The notes under the pieces: generated by a model
What the model saw: only the letters and a program-made list of their open reading frames with translations
Database searches by the model: none
Told to the model about the DNA's origin: nothing
Translations under genes and position numbers: made by a program
Assembly (NCBI RefSeq): GCF_006345805.1
Contig: NC_042998.1
Location: forward strand, 20,832,001 to 20,896,000
DNA from: Octopus sinensis
Taxonomy: Eukaryota
Direction: 5' to 3'
Length of the DNA stretch: 64,000 nt
In this document: positions 24,760 through 40,400 of the stretch, one piece after another
Layout of the letters: the number at the start of each line of letters is the position of its first letter
Numbering within the stretch: position 1 is the stretch's first letter

Positions 24760-27700
24760 TTCTTTACTACCCACAAGGTGCTAAACACAGAGAGGACAAA
24801 CAACGACAGACAAACGGATTAAGTCGATTACATCGACCCCAGTGCGTAACTGGTACTTAATTTATCGACCCCGAAAGGATGAAAGGTAAAGTCGACCTCG
24901 GCGGAATTTGAACTCAGAACGCAGCAGCGGACGAAATACCGCTAAGCATTTCGCACGGCGTACTAACGATTCTACCAGCTCGCCGCCTTCACACACATAT
25001 ATATACACACGATGGGCTTCTTTCAGTTTCCGTCTACCAAATCCACTCACAAGGCTTTGGTTGGCCTGGGGCTATAGTAGAAGACATTTGCCCTAGGTGT
25101 CATACAGTGGAACTGAACCCAAAACCTCATAGTTGTGAAGCAAATTTTGTAACAGCATAGCCATGCCCGTCTCAACGGACGTCGGAGATAGATAGCACCA
25201 AGTTGGAATTTCTCCGTTTTGACGGGGATTTTTCCGAAATTTCTTTCATGGAGTCTTTGGAAATGATCTGAAGCATCTTTTTACAGAAAATAAATTTTTC
25301 GGAAAATATATTTTTTAACCCCTTCCCCCCACAACTTCCCCTCTCTTGACCAATTTTGGTCGAATTTGTGGGCACTATGCTCTTAAAAAGACCTTTCAGT
25401 AAAAAAAAAAGTAGATATTTTTAGATGAATAGGTGTGTGATTTTAAGGGAGATTTGGTTGTTGTTTCCATGACCGGTAAGGTTGGTTTCATAAAAATCAT
25501 AAATTTTCAAAAATATTCTTTTTAGTAGCATAAATGAGTTTAACTAAAAAGACTACAGCAACTCAGGGAAACTAAGCCAGAACAACCTGCCATCCTCTAC
25601 ACACCATCATAAACTGCGAGCAGGGTACAAATTGTTGTCCTTAAATGCTCGCAGTTTATGCAACAAAATACATTTGTTCAACGCCTACGTCAGAAGTGTT
25701 GACCCTGACTTCATCACTGTCACGGAAACATGGGCGCATTCCTTACTCTGTGATGGGGTTTTCAACATTACGGGGTACAACCTCTTCCGTAAGGACCGCA
25801 CTAACTGCCGTGATGGTCTACGTTCGTTCAAATTTTTTGGTAATTCCTTGTGCCGATTTGAACGAATCACAAGAAGAAGTTTTTTTCTATGATGTGCGTA
25901 TGACCATGTCAACACTCCTGCTTGGCGTTGTTTATCGTCCCCCAAGTTACCATCGGGACACACAGCTTTGCAATGTCCTCCGAGCTGCTGCCAGGAAAAC
26001 AGCCACTTATGTGTTTATTGCAGGCGATTTCAATCATCCTGAGATCGATTGGGAGACCTTCCATTGGCCACAGAGTGCAAACGATTTTGTTGAGCTTGTG
26101 CTGGACTCAAACTGGTCACAAGTAGTCACCTCTCCAACAAGAGGCGACAACACCTTGGACCTGCTCTTCACCACAACTCCTGAAGCGGTTATCAATTGCA
26201 CTACGGAGGAACCTCTAAGTGACTCTGATCATGCTATGATCATCGCCAATCTGGCTCTTGCGGGCAACAAAAACCTGAACCATCTCCAATCTGCTTCCTT
26301 CGATTGGAAGAGAGCAGATTGGAACCTGTACCACACTGAACTACAGCACCCAAACTGGCGTGAATTCTACAACTCTGAAGATGTGAATACTATACTCCAG
26401 AGTATCCTGGACTCAATATGGGCAGCATGTGCAGCATCAGTGCCACGTAAACAAAAAAAGAAGAACCGCCCCAAAAGGGCAATTTGGGAAACTTCAGCGG
26501 TCCGACTTGCCAGGAGGGAACGTCGGACTGCTGAACAGGAATACAGGTTGCATAAATCAGACACCAACAGGAAGAAGCGGAATAAATCCTCCAACCATCT
26601 CAAGCAAGTAACAAAAAAAGCAGTGCTTGAATTTGAACAGTGCATAGCAGCCAATCCTGACAGTAAGGTTTTCTGGAAATATGTGCACTCAAAGCAGAGA
26701 CCTCACTCTCCAGTGGACCCTCTTCGCAACCCTCACACAAACCAGATCACTGACGACCCCAAGGAATGCGCAGAACTCATTGCCGAGTGCTATGCAAACA
26801 TATTCACTGTTGAAAGTCAAGATGTACCATCTTCACCATCACTAACAGCAAACTCCATAACAACTATGGAATTTACACCTGCAATGCTGCGACGTCACCT
26901 TCAAAGTAAGCGCAACTATGCCTCCCCTGGTCTCGATGGAGTTACATACCTGCTTCTCAAACGTGGCAGGCACTTCCTTTTACACCAGCTTTCTATTTTC
27001 TTCCAGTACTGTCTCAACAATGGTGCTACTCCGGAGCAGTGGAAAACTGCCAGTGTCATTCCTCTGTTCAAAAAGGGCGACCGCACATCACCTGTCAACT
27101 ATCGCCCAGTCAGTCTCACTAGCTGTATTGCAAAACTGATGGAATCGTGTGTCAGAGAAACACTCTGGAACTTCTGGAGCTCTCACAGTCTCATCCGACC
27201 CTCACAATATGGATTTGTCCCTAACTCCAGCTGCAGTGACCAGCTTGTCGAGTTCCTTGAGGACATTACTCAGATTACTGACAGTGGCTCATGGGTGGAT
27301 GTTGTCTACCTTGACTTTGCTAAGGCTTTCAACTCTGTGCCACACAAAAGGCTTATGGTGAAACTCTCTGCAATGGGTGTGGGGGATGACCTTTTTAACT
27401 GGTTGAAATCCTTCATCCTCAGCCGAAAGGAGGTTGTCACAGTTCTAGGACAGCACTCTACACCATATGAGATGTCATCGGGTGTACCACAGGGATCTGT
27501 CCTTGGTCCCCTCTTGTTTGTGGCATACATTAACGACATAGATGCCAATTTAAAGAATGCCACAGTATTGAAATATGCAGACGACATCAAGCTGTACCTT
27601 GAAATCAAGAGGACAGATCCTGATGTCTACAACTCTTTCCTGCAATCAGACCTAGACACAATGCAGCAATGGATCACAGACTGGCAACTGAAACTGGCTG

Positions 27701-30700
27701 TGGACAAGTGTACCACCATGCATTTTGGGAGAAAAAACCCTGCGTTCACATACTCCCTCCACAACACTGATATCAAGAAATCCTCTTGCGAGCGTGACCT
27801 AGGCATCACTGTCAGCAGTGATTTGCGTTGGACAAAGCATATCTCTAAGATTGTCAGGAAGGCCGAGGGTGTCTTGGCATCACTCAGCAGGTCTTTTGTT
27901 AGCCACTCTCCAGCCATCTATTTAAAACTGTATACAGCTATGGTACGACCACACTTGGAATTTGCATCATCAGTTTGGAATCCCTATCTTGCACAGAACA
28001 TTGACCTCCTGGAATCTGTCCAGAGACGTGCAACCAAACGCATACCCTCCATCAGACACCTACCATATTCTGAGCGCCTTGTTTCCCTGGGCATGGATTC
28101 ACTGAAGCTCCGGCGTCTGGCGACAGACTTGGTAAACACCCACAAAGTTATCAACCACCTCACCAACAACAACACTGAACACCTTTTTGATCTCCATGTG
28201 TCTAACACACATGGACATGCCTACAAAGTCAGAAAACAATACAGCTCTCATGACTTTCGGAAACATTTTTTCACGCTCAGAGTTGCTGAAGCATGGAATA
28301 AACTGCCTGCATCAGTTGTTGACTGCCATGACACTGCATCTTTTAAGGCCCTCATGCTTTCCGAAATCCGCCGAAACTACACCTGATTATATATACACTT
28401 TAGATGAGTTGTAGTGCACCTGAGCACTGTACACAATTATTATTATTATTATTATTATTATGTTATTAATAGGAAGACAATATTGAAAAACACCAACACT
28501 TGTTAGAGTGAGAAAGAAACGAGGAAGGTGGTCATGAGATATGCTAGAAACAACAGCCAAATCTTCCTTTAATACCACATATTTTCGTCTGAAAATATAT
28601 ATTTTTTTTTCCTGGAAAGGCTTCTATAGTTAAGTGCATAGTGCCCACAGAATCGACGAAAACCGGTCCAGAGAGGGGAAGTTGTGGTGGTGGTTATGGT
28701 GGTTAAAAAAACAGATTTTTCAAAAAAAAATCTTGGTTAATTTTTCTGTCAAAAAGATGCTCCAGATCATTTCCAAGGACACCATAAAAAAACCCCCAAA
28801 AAACTGAACAATCACCATCAAAAGAGAGAAATTCCAACTTCTTGGTGCTATCTATCTCTGACGTCCACACCTGTCTCTTACGATTTATTGTATAAATGAA
28901 AATCATCATCATCATTTAATGTCCATTTCCCATACTGCATAAGTTGGACAGTTTGACCGGAGCTGGCAAGCTGGAGAGAGCTGTACCAAGTTCCAGCTTG
29001 ATTTAGCTTGGTTTAGCTATGGATGCCCTTCCTAATGCCCACCACTTTACAGAGTGTACTGGGTGGCACCAGCATGGGTGCATTGTATGTGGACCAGTAC
29101 AGGTGTAAGTTTTGAACTTGAGTTTTCCTTTGATTTATTGTCATCACTTCTGGTCATTTCTTTGTATTTTACTTGTACTTTTGTCACCTAAAAGAGGACA
29201 CAGTGCTCGATTTAATATACAACTGGAAAAAGGGGAAACAAAAATTGATTCAGGTGCAGGAGTGGCTGTGTGGCAAGTAGCTTGCTTACGAACCACATGG
29301 TTCCGGGTTCGGTCCCACTGTGTGGTACCTTGGTCAAGTGTCTTCTACCATAGCCTTGGGCCGGCCAAAACCTTGTGAGTGGATTTGGTAGACGGAAACT
29401 AAAAGAAGCCTGTCGTATATATGTATATATATATATATGTATGTGTGTGTCTGTGTTTGTCCCCCCAACATTGCTTGACAACTGATGCTGGTGTGTTTAC
29501 ATCCCTGTAACTTAGCGGTTCGGCAAAAGAGTCTGATAGAATAAGTATTAAGCTTACAAAGAATAAGTCCTAGAGTTGATTTCTTCGACTAAAGGCAGTG
29601 CTCCAGCATGGCCGCAGTCAAATGACTGAAACAAGTAAAAGAATTAAGAGCCAAACTAATTCCAATCCTTAACAGCATTATAAGCCCTGGGTAAATTAAT
29701 ACACTGGACCCATTTATTGACAGCAAACAACAACATGTGTAGCTCAGAATTGGGACCCCTAAACCCATGAGGTCCCCAGTCAACTGTATTGTGTGCTCAT
29801 GCCTTGATATGGCCCTGGACTGAGTACAATATGTGTCCACAGAGACTCTGCTTATAAATCTTTATATATAAAAGTGAAGTTGTGTGTCTGTCTCCTACGA
29901 TTTAGATTCCTAACTACTCCCACATTTTGCGGTGCAGTGTAACCAAAAGTGGGTATCTTATAGTCGTGATTCATATCGAGCCCTTCTGGGTATTAGCATG
30001 AGTCTACGATTTAAAAAAAAAATTTAACATCATTTTTTCCCATTTTTAATGCATTTTTTAGCTATTATATAAGGGAAGTAACTCTCTAAAAATGTATTAT
30101 TAAATCTCAGAATGTAAAAAGCTACAGTAACACCCCCCCCCCTTTGTGGTTAGCCATATTGAGATGGCTATTATACTTTACATCTCTAAAAATGCTTATA
30201 TAGTTATTTCCCTTACAAACCCGAGCAACGCCGGGCGATACTGCTAGTCCATTATAAATTTCTTGTGCTTGAGCAGGTTTCACAGTGTGTCCTTTCAATG
30301 CTATGCTTGACTGCAGAATATATATATTCTTTTATTCTTTTAGTTGTTTCAGTCATTTGACTGCGGCCATGCTGGAGCACCGCCTTTAGTCAAACAAATC
30401 GACCCCCCCCCCACCATGACTTATTCTTTGTAAGCCTAGTACTCATTCTATTGGCCCCTTTTGTTGAACCGCCAGGTTATGGTGACGTAAACACACCATC
30501 AGTTGTCAAGCGATATGGGGGGGGATAAACAAACACACGAATACATACACATGCACACACACATATATATACACACGATGGGCTTCATTCAGTTTCAGTC
30601 TACCAAATCCACTCACAAGGTTTTTGGTTGGCCTGAGGCTATAGTAGAAGACATTTGCCCAAGGTGTCATACAGTAGAACTGAACCCAGAACCATGTCAT

Positions 30701-33700
30701 TGGGAAGCAAGCTTCTTACCACACAGCCATGCCTGCTCCTATGACTGAAACAAGTAAATGGAATTTTATGCATTTCAGCTTATAGGCGCAGGAGTGGCTG
30801 TGTGGAAAGTAGCTTGTCTACCAACCACATGGTTCCGGGTTCAGTCCCACTGCGTGGCACTTTGGGTAAGTGTCTTCTACTACAGCCTCAGGCTGACCAA
30901 AGCCTTGTGAGTGGATTTGGTAGACGGAAACTGAAAGAAGTTCGTCGTATATATGTATATTTATATATATATATATATATATATATTTGTGTGTCTATGT
31001 TTGTCCCCCTCGCATTGCTTGACAACCGATGCTGGTGTGTTTATGTCCCCGTCACTTAGCGGTTCGGCAAAAGAGACTGATAGAATAAGTACTGGGCTTA
31101 CAAAAGAATAAGTCCCGGGGTCGAGTTGCTCGATTAAAGGCAGTGCTCCAGCATGGCCGCAGTCAAATGACTGAAACAAGTAAAAGAGTAAAGAGTATAG
31201 TTCGCAACAACAACATCAGCATTCTTCATAGAACACAGATGCTCCTCAATCAATACTGTGTAGACATATTTGCTAAGGTAGATATTCTTATTTTGTGATT
31301 TCTTCCACAAAATTTCCTTAGCCAGGTCACTAACTATTTACTCCACACATTTCTTCCCTTTCCCGATTGACACTGAATGCCACCGATGGATAAGACACCA
31401 TCAAAAGGAATTGTGTACAGAAGAATATGGCAATCTTCATGACGAAGTAAGACGAAATGATCAGGTTGCTGCTTTGAATATTGGACGTTCTGTCATTCTC
31501 CTATCATCATACACTGAAGGCCCCTAGTACATGCATGAAAAAATGCAGGATGCTCTCACTTATGTCCACCACAGTGGCTGTCCAGATTTTTTCCTCACCT
31601 TCTCTTGTAATCCCAAATGGGTTGACAGCCAGTCTCACTTTACGGCCCAAATACTCCAGATAGGCATGATATCACATCTAGAGTGATATCACATCAAAAG
31701 GCGGCGAGCTGGCAGAACCGTTAGCATGCCGGGTGAAATGCGTAGCCATATTTCATCTGCTGTTACGTTCTGAGTTCAAACTCCGCCGAGGTCGACTTTG
31801 CCTTTCATCCTTTCGGGGTCATTAAATTAAGTACCAGTTATACACTGGGGTCAATGTAATCGACTTAATTCGTTTGTCTGTCCTTGTTTGTCCCCTCTGT
31901 GTGTAGCCCCTTGTGGGTAATAAAGAAACAGATATTACATCTAGAGTGTTTCATCTGAAGTTAATGAAAATGATGGACGTTATAAAACACGGATATGTTT
32001 TTGGACCATTAAGTTGCTTCATGTACACTGTAGAATGGCAGAAAAGAGGACTCCCTCATGCCCATATCCTCCTCTGGCTTCAAAACAAACTCATGTCAAC
32101 AGATATTGACTCCGTTATTAGTGCTGAGCATAGCAATTTAAAAATATCACGATTTTTTTTTTAAAGTTGCCAGATCTTTCATCTACAAAGTTTGTAAGGT
32201 GCTGGAGACTGAAGATGGAAATGTATCACAGCATCAAAGCATAAAAAGCATTTTGAATGCTCTGAAATCATCAGACCACCTGAATTTATCCAGCAAGTTC
32301 AACAGGTCATTGATTACAATCCCAGAAACCATTAAGGTCAATTGCAAAAGATCTCCATGTGTCAGAAGGAACGATCAGAAATGTTGTCCATGAAGACATC
32401 AGATATAAGTCTTATATGATGAGGAAAGGTCAATTTGGCAGAAAAAAGCAAAAGAAAATCACTACATCAGATCTAAAAGGCTCTTAAACAAACTGAAAAA
32501 TCCAGCAATATATTTTTTTGGTTTTTCTCAAACAAGAAAATCTTCGACCAAGATCAAAAAGTTAACAGAAGAAATGACAGATGGTTATGTGCAGACCCTT
32601 CTGAATTTCCAAGTGTTATGCATACAAAATTTCCTGCCACTGTCATAGTTTTAGGGGTTGTCAGCAATAAAGGACATGTGATGCCTCCTTACTTCTTTTC
32701 AGAAGGCCTTTGAGTTAACTCTGATGCCTACATTGAGGTCCTGGAAATAATTGTTAAGTCCTGGATAGACAGTGTATGCAATGGAAGGCCATGTGTGTTT
32801 TAGTAAAACTCTGCACTATCACACATGGCTCCAGTAGCACAGGAATGGATGGCTGAAAATTTTTATGATCACATAACCTCTAACGTTTGGCCTTCTAATT
32901 CCCCAGATCTCAATCCATTCGACTATTACATGTGGAGCATTGTTGAAAGAGAGATCAATGAACACGCCCATAACACCAAAGATTCTTTGAAAGCTGCCAT
33001 AGTCGGAGTAATGTCCAAAATGAATCAGGACCACTTGATTTGAGCATGTAAGCGATTTAGATCTCATATAGAAGCAGTTGTTGAAGCTGAACGTGGCTTT
33101 ATTGAATAACATTATAGAAAAGAAGGTTTATTGTTATTGTCATAGTATTTTTTGATAAAATTATCTGTCATTGTATATCTGGTTTTTTTTTATAAACATA
33201 AATCTCTGTCATTGTATATCTGTTTTTTTCTTATAAACATAAATCTCTGTCATTGTATATCTGTTTTTTTTTATAAACATAAATCTTCCCTGTATATTTA
33301 TATAGATAGATACATAGATGCACACAATCACACCATATATGTATTTTATTCAGATATTATGGATGTGGACTTGTGATTCCTGAAAGCCTGGAAGGTATGA
33401 AGATCCTTGATTTGGGAAGTGGAAGTGGACAAGATTGTTTTGCATTATCAAAACTGGTTGGAGCTGATGGTTATATAGTTGGTGTTGATATGACACAAGA
33501 ACAGGTAAGACAATTCTAGATTATTCTTTTATTTTTCTAGGACTTGGCAATTTTAGTTGTACTCTTGCACAAATTTTGTAAAATGCTGCACTATTTTTGA
33601 TGTGCTCTGAACATGTCCTAATGCTATTAATAACTTGTAGGGACATGATATTTCATTATGCAACTATAATATAATTGGTTGTCTGGAAAGTTTGTGCCGA

Positions 33701-36700
33701 TTTTTAAAGGAAAGAAAAAGGTTAATAAATACTTGCTATTACATTATTAATCAACCAAATATGAACCATTTTGTTGCACAATGCGTTTCCATCTTTCCTT
33801 TAACTTGAAAATACCCTCTTCCCAGAATTGAGGTGGTTTCATGGCAAAGAATTCATCAAGGTGTCTTTTTACATCGTTCAAGGAATTGAAATTTTTACCA
33901 TTAAGACTATTCTGAAGAGACCTGAATAAGTGGAAATCCGAAGGAGCAATATCTGGTGAATATGGAGGGTGGGGTAACACATCCCAGCCGAGCTGCAGCA
34001 ATTTTTGTCTGGTTCCCAAAGCATCAAGTGCCAAAAATGAATTTTCTTATCTTCCATTTTAAAGGGTTACAGAATTAACACAGGTTATAGGAACGTAAAC
34101 CTTCTTCCACGAAAAGATAGCTTAAACTGTGGTCTAAATGGAGGTGTAGTCAAATCCTATTTTATGAACTCAACCATGTTCTAAAATAAGTAGAAAGGTA
34201 AGCTACTATAAATCGGCATGAACTTTCTGGACAACCCAGTACTACAAAGTCTATTAAACGTTTTTATAAGCCAGTGCGCCTCGACTGGCTTCTATGCCGG
34301 TGGCACTTAAAATGCACCAATCCGACCGTGGCCATTGTCAGCGTCGCCTGGCACCTGTGCGGGTGGCACGTAAAAAGCACCCACTACACTCACGGAGTGG
34401 TTGGCGTTAGGAAGGGCATCCAGCTGTAGAAACATTGCCAGATAAGACTGGAGCCTGGTGCAGCCTTCTGGCTTCCCAGATCCCCGGTCGAACCGTCCAA
34501 CCCATGCAAGCATGGAGAACAGACGTTAAACGATGATGATGATGATGATGATGATGATGAGTTCTGTGTTCTCCTATGTTAGCAGTGTTATTACATCACT
34601 TGTTAAGATTGTCTCTACAGATTTTTGTATAGAAATTATAGCCAACACTGAATTTGTTTTAACATTTCATATCTGGCGTCTTGGATATGAAACATAACAC
34701 AATCAATGCTGGCTATAATTTCTATAGAAAATCTGTAGAGACAACCTCAACAAGTGACCCAATGCTACTGAATGTGGCCAGTTGTCCTATGCCAAGTCTC
34801 CATTGCTTTCACAGTAATGTGCTTGCTCCAGCATTCAATCCTCAGAAGAGTAGATGTTGGCAAAAAAAAAAAAAAAAATTTGTTATCTTCAGTTCAGTTT
34901 CCATGCCTATTCTCATCTATGGTCATGAATATTGGGTAATGACTGAAATTGTATTATGTTATACTAGCAGTATCGCCCGGCGTTGCTCGGGTTTGTAAGG
35001 GAAATAACTATATAAGCACTTTTAGAGAGTTATAGCCAAAAAATAGCAAAAAAATGTATTAAAAATGGAAAAAAATGATGGTAAATTTTTTTAAAAATCG
35101 TTGACTCATCGTAGACATTTTTAGAGAGTTACTTCCCTTATATAATAGCGAAAAAATGCATTAAAATGGAAAAAAATGATGGTAAATTTTTTTTTAAATC
35201 GTAGACTCATCGTAGACGCGTGCTAATACCCAGAAGCGCTCGATATGAATCACGACTATAAGTTACCCGGTTTTGGTTAAACTGCACCGCAAAATGTGGG
35301 AGTAGTTAGGAATCTAAATTGTAGGAGACAGACACACAACTTGACTTTTATATATAAAGATTTACAATAATAATAAAGGACGTTAGCGTATACAGTTTTA
35401 CAAACCTAGGACGTTATATAGACCTCCCTGACTCAAGTTAGAGAAGGGATGCGTATTATACACAAGGTTTAGGTTTTTCAGAGGTACAGCCCCCTAAAAA
35501 TCCCCTGCATATTATACTTAAGAGCGGACTATACTCGAGGATTTACGGTACTTACAAGTAAAATTATTCATAAATGCACCTGAATTTCAATGTCATATGC
35601 ATATATTTTTTCTCCTTATTCCAGCTTGATATTGCTAATCAGTATATAGACTACCACACCAAACTCTTTGACTACAAAACCCCAAATGTTAAATTTGTTA
35701 AGGGCTATATTGAGCACCTTACAGATGCAGGCTTCAAGGAAAATTATTTTGACATCATTATGTATGTATACAGACTTTAATTTTAATCACTTCAAAATTG
35801 TATTCCAAAATAATATTTACTGGGGATTCTGTAACCCTTATTTTATATGTCAAAGTTTATATATAGCCCTGAATAGAAAGTGTTCCTTGTTAAGATATTT
35901 TTGCTGGCTGTTTGATCTAACTGTAGAGTGGTTGTTGTTGCTTAGAGCTAAGTTAAATGTTGACTTATAATAAAAGAGTAAACTTGATGGAGTAGGCTCA
36001 TGATAAAAACAGGCTGTTGTTGGAGGTGATGGCAAATTGATCACTGATGTGTAGGATGTGGGCTACAAACCCTTGGCTACACCTGAGCTGATAAAAGTAT
36101 TTTATGTGCATGGCGGCACCATTCAAGCATGGTCGATGCCAGTACCTCCTGACTGGCGCTCATGCTGTTGGTACATAAAAAGCACCCACTACACTCTTGG
36201 AGTGGTTGGCATTAGGACCCTTTTAAAAGTATGCTTCAGTTGTCAGGCAATATACTCTGCATGAGAAGACCTGTTGAGTCAAGTGAAATCGTTGTCGTGG
36301 CCATTGTCAATGCCGCTGACTGGCACCCATTTCGGTGGCATGTAAAAAGCACCATCCAAGTGTGGCCAGTGCCAGTGGCACATAAAATGCACCATTTGAG
36401 CTTGTTGATGTCAGTGCCTCTTGACTGGCCCCTGTGCCAGTGGAACATAAAAAGCACCCACTACACTCTTGGAGTGGTTGGCATTAGGAAGAGCATCCAG
36501 CTATAGAGACCTTGCCAGAACAGATTGGTGCCTGGTGCAGCCTTCTTGATTGCCAGTCCTCAGTCAAACCGTCCGACCCATGCCAGCATGGAAAGCGAAT
36601 GTTAAACGATGATGATGGTATGTAACCTGGTTCAGAATACAACCAATGATTAACTAGTCAATTGTGTTGTAAATGCTTTTATGATGATGATGATGAAGCA

Positions 36701-37432
36701 TTTGATAAAAGCTGAAAAACTCTTTTGAATACGTCTTTCCTCTGACATTAATTTTGCTTTCATAGGTGAACAATTGTGAGAAATTTCTCACACTTGGGAA
36801 TGAAAGGGCATAATGTCCTTAATCAGAAAACTATTAAGATGTGTAGTAAATGTTATTTCGACTTTTTGCATTCATTACACTATAAATTCTGTTTATATTT
36901 TTGGTTTCATTGTATGGTTAAGGTTCATAAACAAGTAACACTCAGATATTCAAAATTGTATTCCAAAATAATATTTACAGGGGATTCTGTAACCCTTATT
37001 TTATATGTCAAAGTTTATATATAGCCCTGAATGGAAAGTGTTCCTTGTTAAGATACTTTTGCTGGCTGTTTGACCTTGCTGTAGATCGGTAGAAATTACA
37101 ATAAATTATTTGAGTTCAGCATATATATAGTCAGTAATAAATTACTGTGACTCTTTGTTACACGTGTCTCTTGTTTCAGGTGGATTACCTGAAAAAAAAT
37201 CACACTTTTTCTCCTACCATTTCCCATCTTCCATGACATTTTGATATCATATATATGTAACTCAAAAGGCGCAGGAGTGGCTGTGTGGTAAGTAGCTTGC
37301 TAACCAACCACATGGTTCCGGGTTCAGTCCCACTGCGTGGCATCTTGGGCAAGTGTCTTCTGCTATAGCCCCGGGCCGACCAATACCTTGTGAGTGGATT
37401 TGGTAGACGGAAACTGAAAGAAGCCTGTCGTA

Positions 37433-37477
<45 letters not shown>

Positions 37478-40400
37478 TTGTGTGTCTGTGTTTGTCCCCC
37501 TAGCATTGCTTGACAACCGATACTGGTGTGTTTACGTCCCCGTCACTTAGCGGTTCGGCAAAAAGAGACCGATAGAATAAGTACTAGGCTTACAAAGAAT
37601 AAGTCACGGGGTCAATTTGCTCAACTAAAGGCGGTGTTCCAGCATGGCCGCAGTCAAAATGACTGAAACAAGTAAAAGAGAGTAACTCAAAAGGCGGTGA
37701 GCTGGCAGAACTGTTAGCATGCTGGGCGAAATACGTAGCTGTATTTCATCTGCCGTTATGTTCTGAGTTCAAATTCTGCTGAAGTCGACTTTGCCCTTCA
37801 TCCTTTCAGGGTCGATAAATTAAGTACCAGTTACGCACTGGGGTTGATGTATCGACTTAATCCGTTTGTCCTTGTTTGTCCCCCCTATGTTTAACCCCTT
37901 GTGGGTAATAAAGAAACATATATATGTAACTCATCATCACATGAGTTGATCAATGTATGTCATTCTGGGTTGTCCAATATAATCATTCCTGTGGTTTAGG
38001 ATCCACAAAAGGAGCTCACTCACTAATTTATCTTTGCTTCAATAGCAGTGACCATTATATCTTGTCCTCAGCTCATGAATGATTGATGATGTGTTGGAGG
38101 TATTTCCATAAAGCTCATCTTACATTGGATGTTGTTTCCATGATTTGTTGAGAGCAGCATGCAACATATGTACATAGGTCCCATCAAGCTTGCTTTCTTT
38201 ATTTGTCAGCTAAAATAGCTAAGATAATGCACGGAACGGCGAGCGCGCGCACATGAAGAGATAAAGTACATGATAGCGAACGTAAACATACGTCAGCCGC
38301 TAAAAAGTCCGTGATAGATGTAGGGCAGCTCTACATCATATATTTGCGTTAGCCGTGGGTAGGCAAGCAAAAGTGTGATCGCATATTTGCATCGACCATT
38401 GTCAAGGGGTTAATAATCTGTAATTCATTGATATAATAACAATAATTCGAATAATTTTGATTGTCTTGAGATTTGGTTATATTTAACTCTCTTGGAACAC
38501 TTAGGCTGATTGATTGGCCCAAGCTGAAAGGACTTTGAGGCTGATCCATCGGCCCAATGAAACAAACGTTTTGAAATGTAATAACCAATCAGAGATCATC
38601 TTTCAGTAGATATAATATAAAATTATATAATATATATAATTTTACATACTAATAAAGTAATTCTAAGTACTTTATCCTTTGTTTTCAATATGTACAACAG
38701 GAAAAAATTTTGGTCTTTTTGGCTACACATACCAAAACCCTGTATGTCTCAAAAGGGTTACACATGAAGTACTGACTACTGTCATTTAAGTCTGTTCTAT
38801 ATTGAATGAAGTCCAGGCTTTCTGGGGAGACTTGCATAAGTTGAAAAGGGTGGACAAATTGTTATTCTTAATAAAGCTAATAGAATTTTAACTAATACAA
38901 AATCACAACAAAAGTTTAATGATGGTTTGGATGTGAATTCTGTTTTTACTTTTCATTAATGAAAAATATGAGGAGCTGATAAAATTGCACTTATATTTTT
39001 GGGGAAGACTTGGTCACTTTGAGAACTGCTGATTCAAACACATGAAAGCAAGGGCTTCTAAAATGGTCTCTACAACCACTGGCGGCACCATTTTGGAGGG
39101 AACTGTTGCTGCTATCACATTTGCCAGATAAAAGTGGGTCACTGTCTGTTTGGCAATCAAAATAGCTGGGTCTCTTAAATTTACATTTCTAATCCTTTCA
39201 CTTCTGATGATAGGCCTTTGTGCTTGAAAGGTTACTCAACCTTCATCACATTGCTAGAAGCTCTCTTTTTTCAGTATTTGTTATTTTGCTCTTGTATCAC
39301 AATGCTTCAAGCAAACAACAACACACTACTTTATTCATATCGAAGCTTAATTTCATTTCATCATTTAAAAAAAAAATTATTTGCATATGAAATTAACTTA
39401 CCAATTATGATTTAACAGCCTTCCTACTTACTAAGACTTTGGCTTTGGCTAGGTTAACCCTAAGGACCTCTGATTCTAGACCTTGCTTCCACACCCTAAA
39501 CTTTGTCTCCAGTTCTGGCAGTGACTTGGCTATTAGAGCAAGGTCATCAGCATAGAGGAGCTCCCAGGGGCAGCCTGTCTTGAATTCTTCTGTTATTGCC
39601 TGGAGGACTATAAAGAATAAGAGGGCACAGAGGACTGATCCTTGGTGGACCCCTACTTCTACTTGGAATTCTTCACTATATTCATTTCCAACCCTCACCT
39701 TACTGATAGCATCCTTGCACAGTTCTTACCAGCCACTTGTCTATCCCCAGTTTCTGCATTGACCACCAGATAAGGGATTGGGGGACCCTGTCAAAGGCTT
39801 TCTCCAAGTCAACAAAAGCCAAGTACAGAGGTTTATCTTCGGCTAGATATTTCTCTCCTGCAGTTGCCTTACCAGAAATATAGCATCAGTGGTGCTTCTG
39901 CCTGGCACAAAACTGAACTGCATCTCATCTAGGCTAACTCTCTCCCTAATTAATTGGGCTATGACCCTCTCTGTAACTTTTGTCACCTGATCCAGCAGTT
40001 TGATACCCCTGTAGTTATTTCTATCTAAAGCATCACCTTTTCCCTTGTAGCAGTTGACTATGGCACTGCTGCACCAGTCATTGGGTATGACTCCTTCATA
40101 AACTACCTGATTTACAATGTGGGTGACAAGACCATAACCCACACTGCCCGATATTTTAAGCATCTCTGCAGTGATTCCTGATGGGCCATGTGCTTTCCTT
40201 GTCTTCATATCCTTAATTGCTTTATCTACCTGGGTATTGTTGATTCAGATAGCACCTGGGTACTGTCAGGTGCAAATAAGTGGAATTAATTGTAAAAGCT
40301 ACTGCACCATAAGTATAGTAGCTTTTATGCTTCACTTAATACTGCTGTTCTCAAAATATGAAGTATAATGCATCTATTATATTTTTAACATTAGTAATTG

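Noticed and set aside
37267-37345. tRNA gene calls at SINE heads
   Set aside because: A and B boxes are present, but there is no full cloverleaf and each continues into a SINE body.
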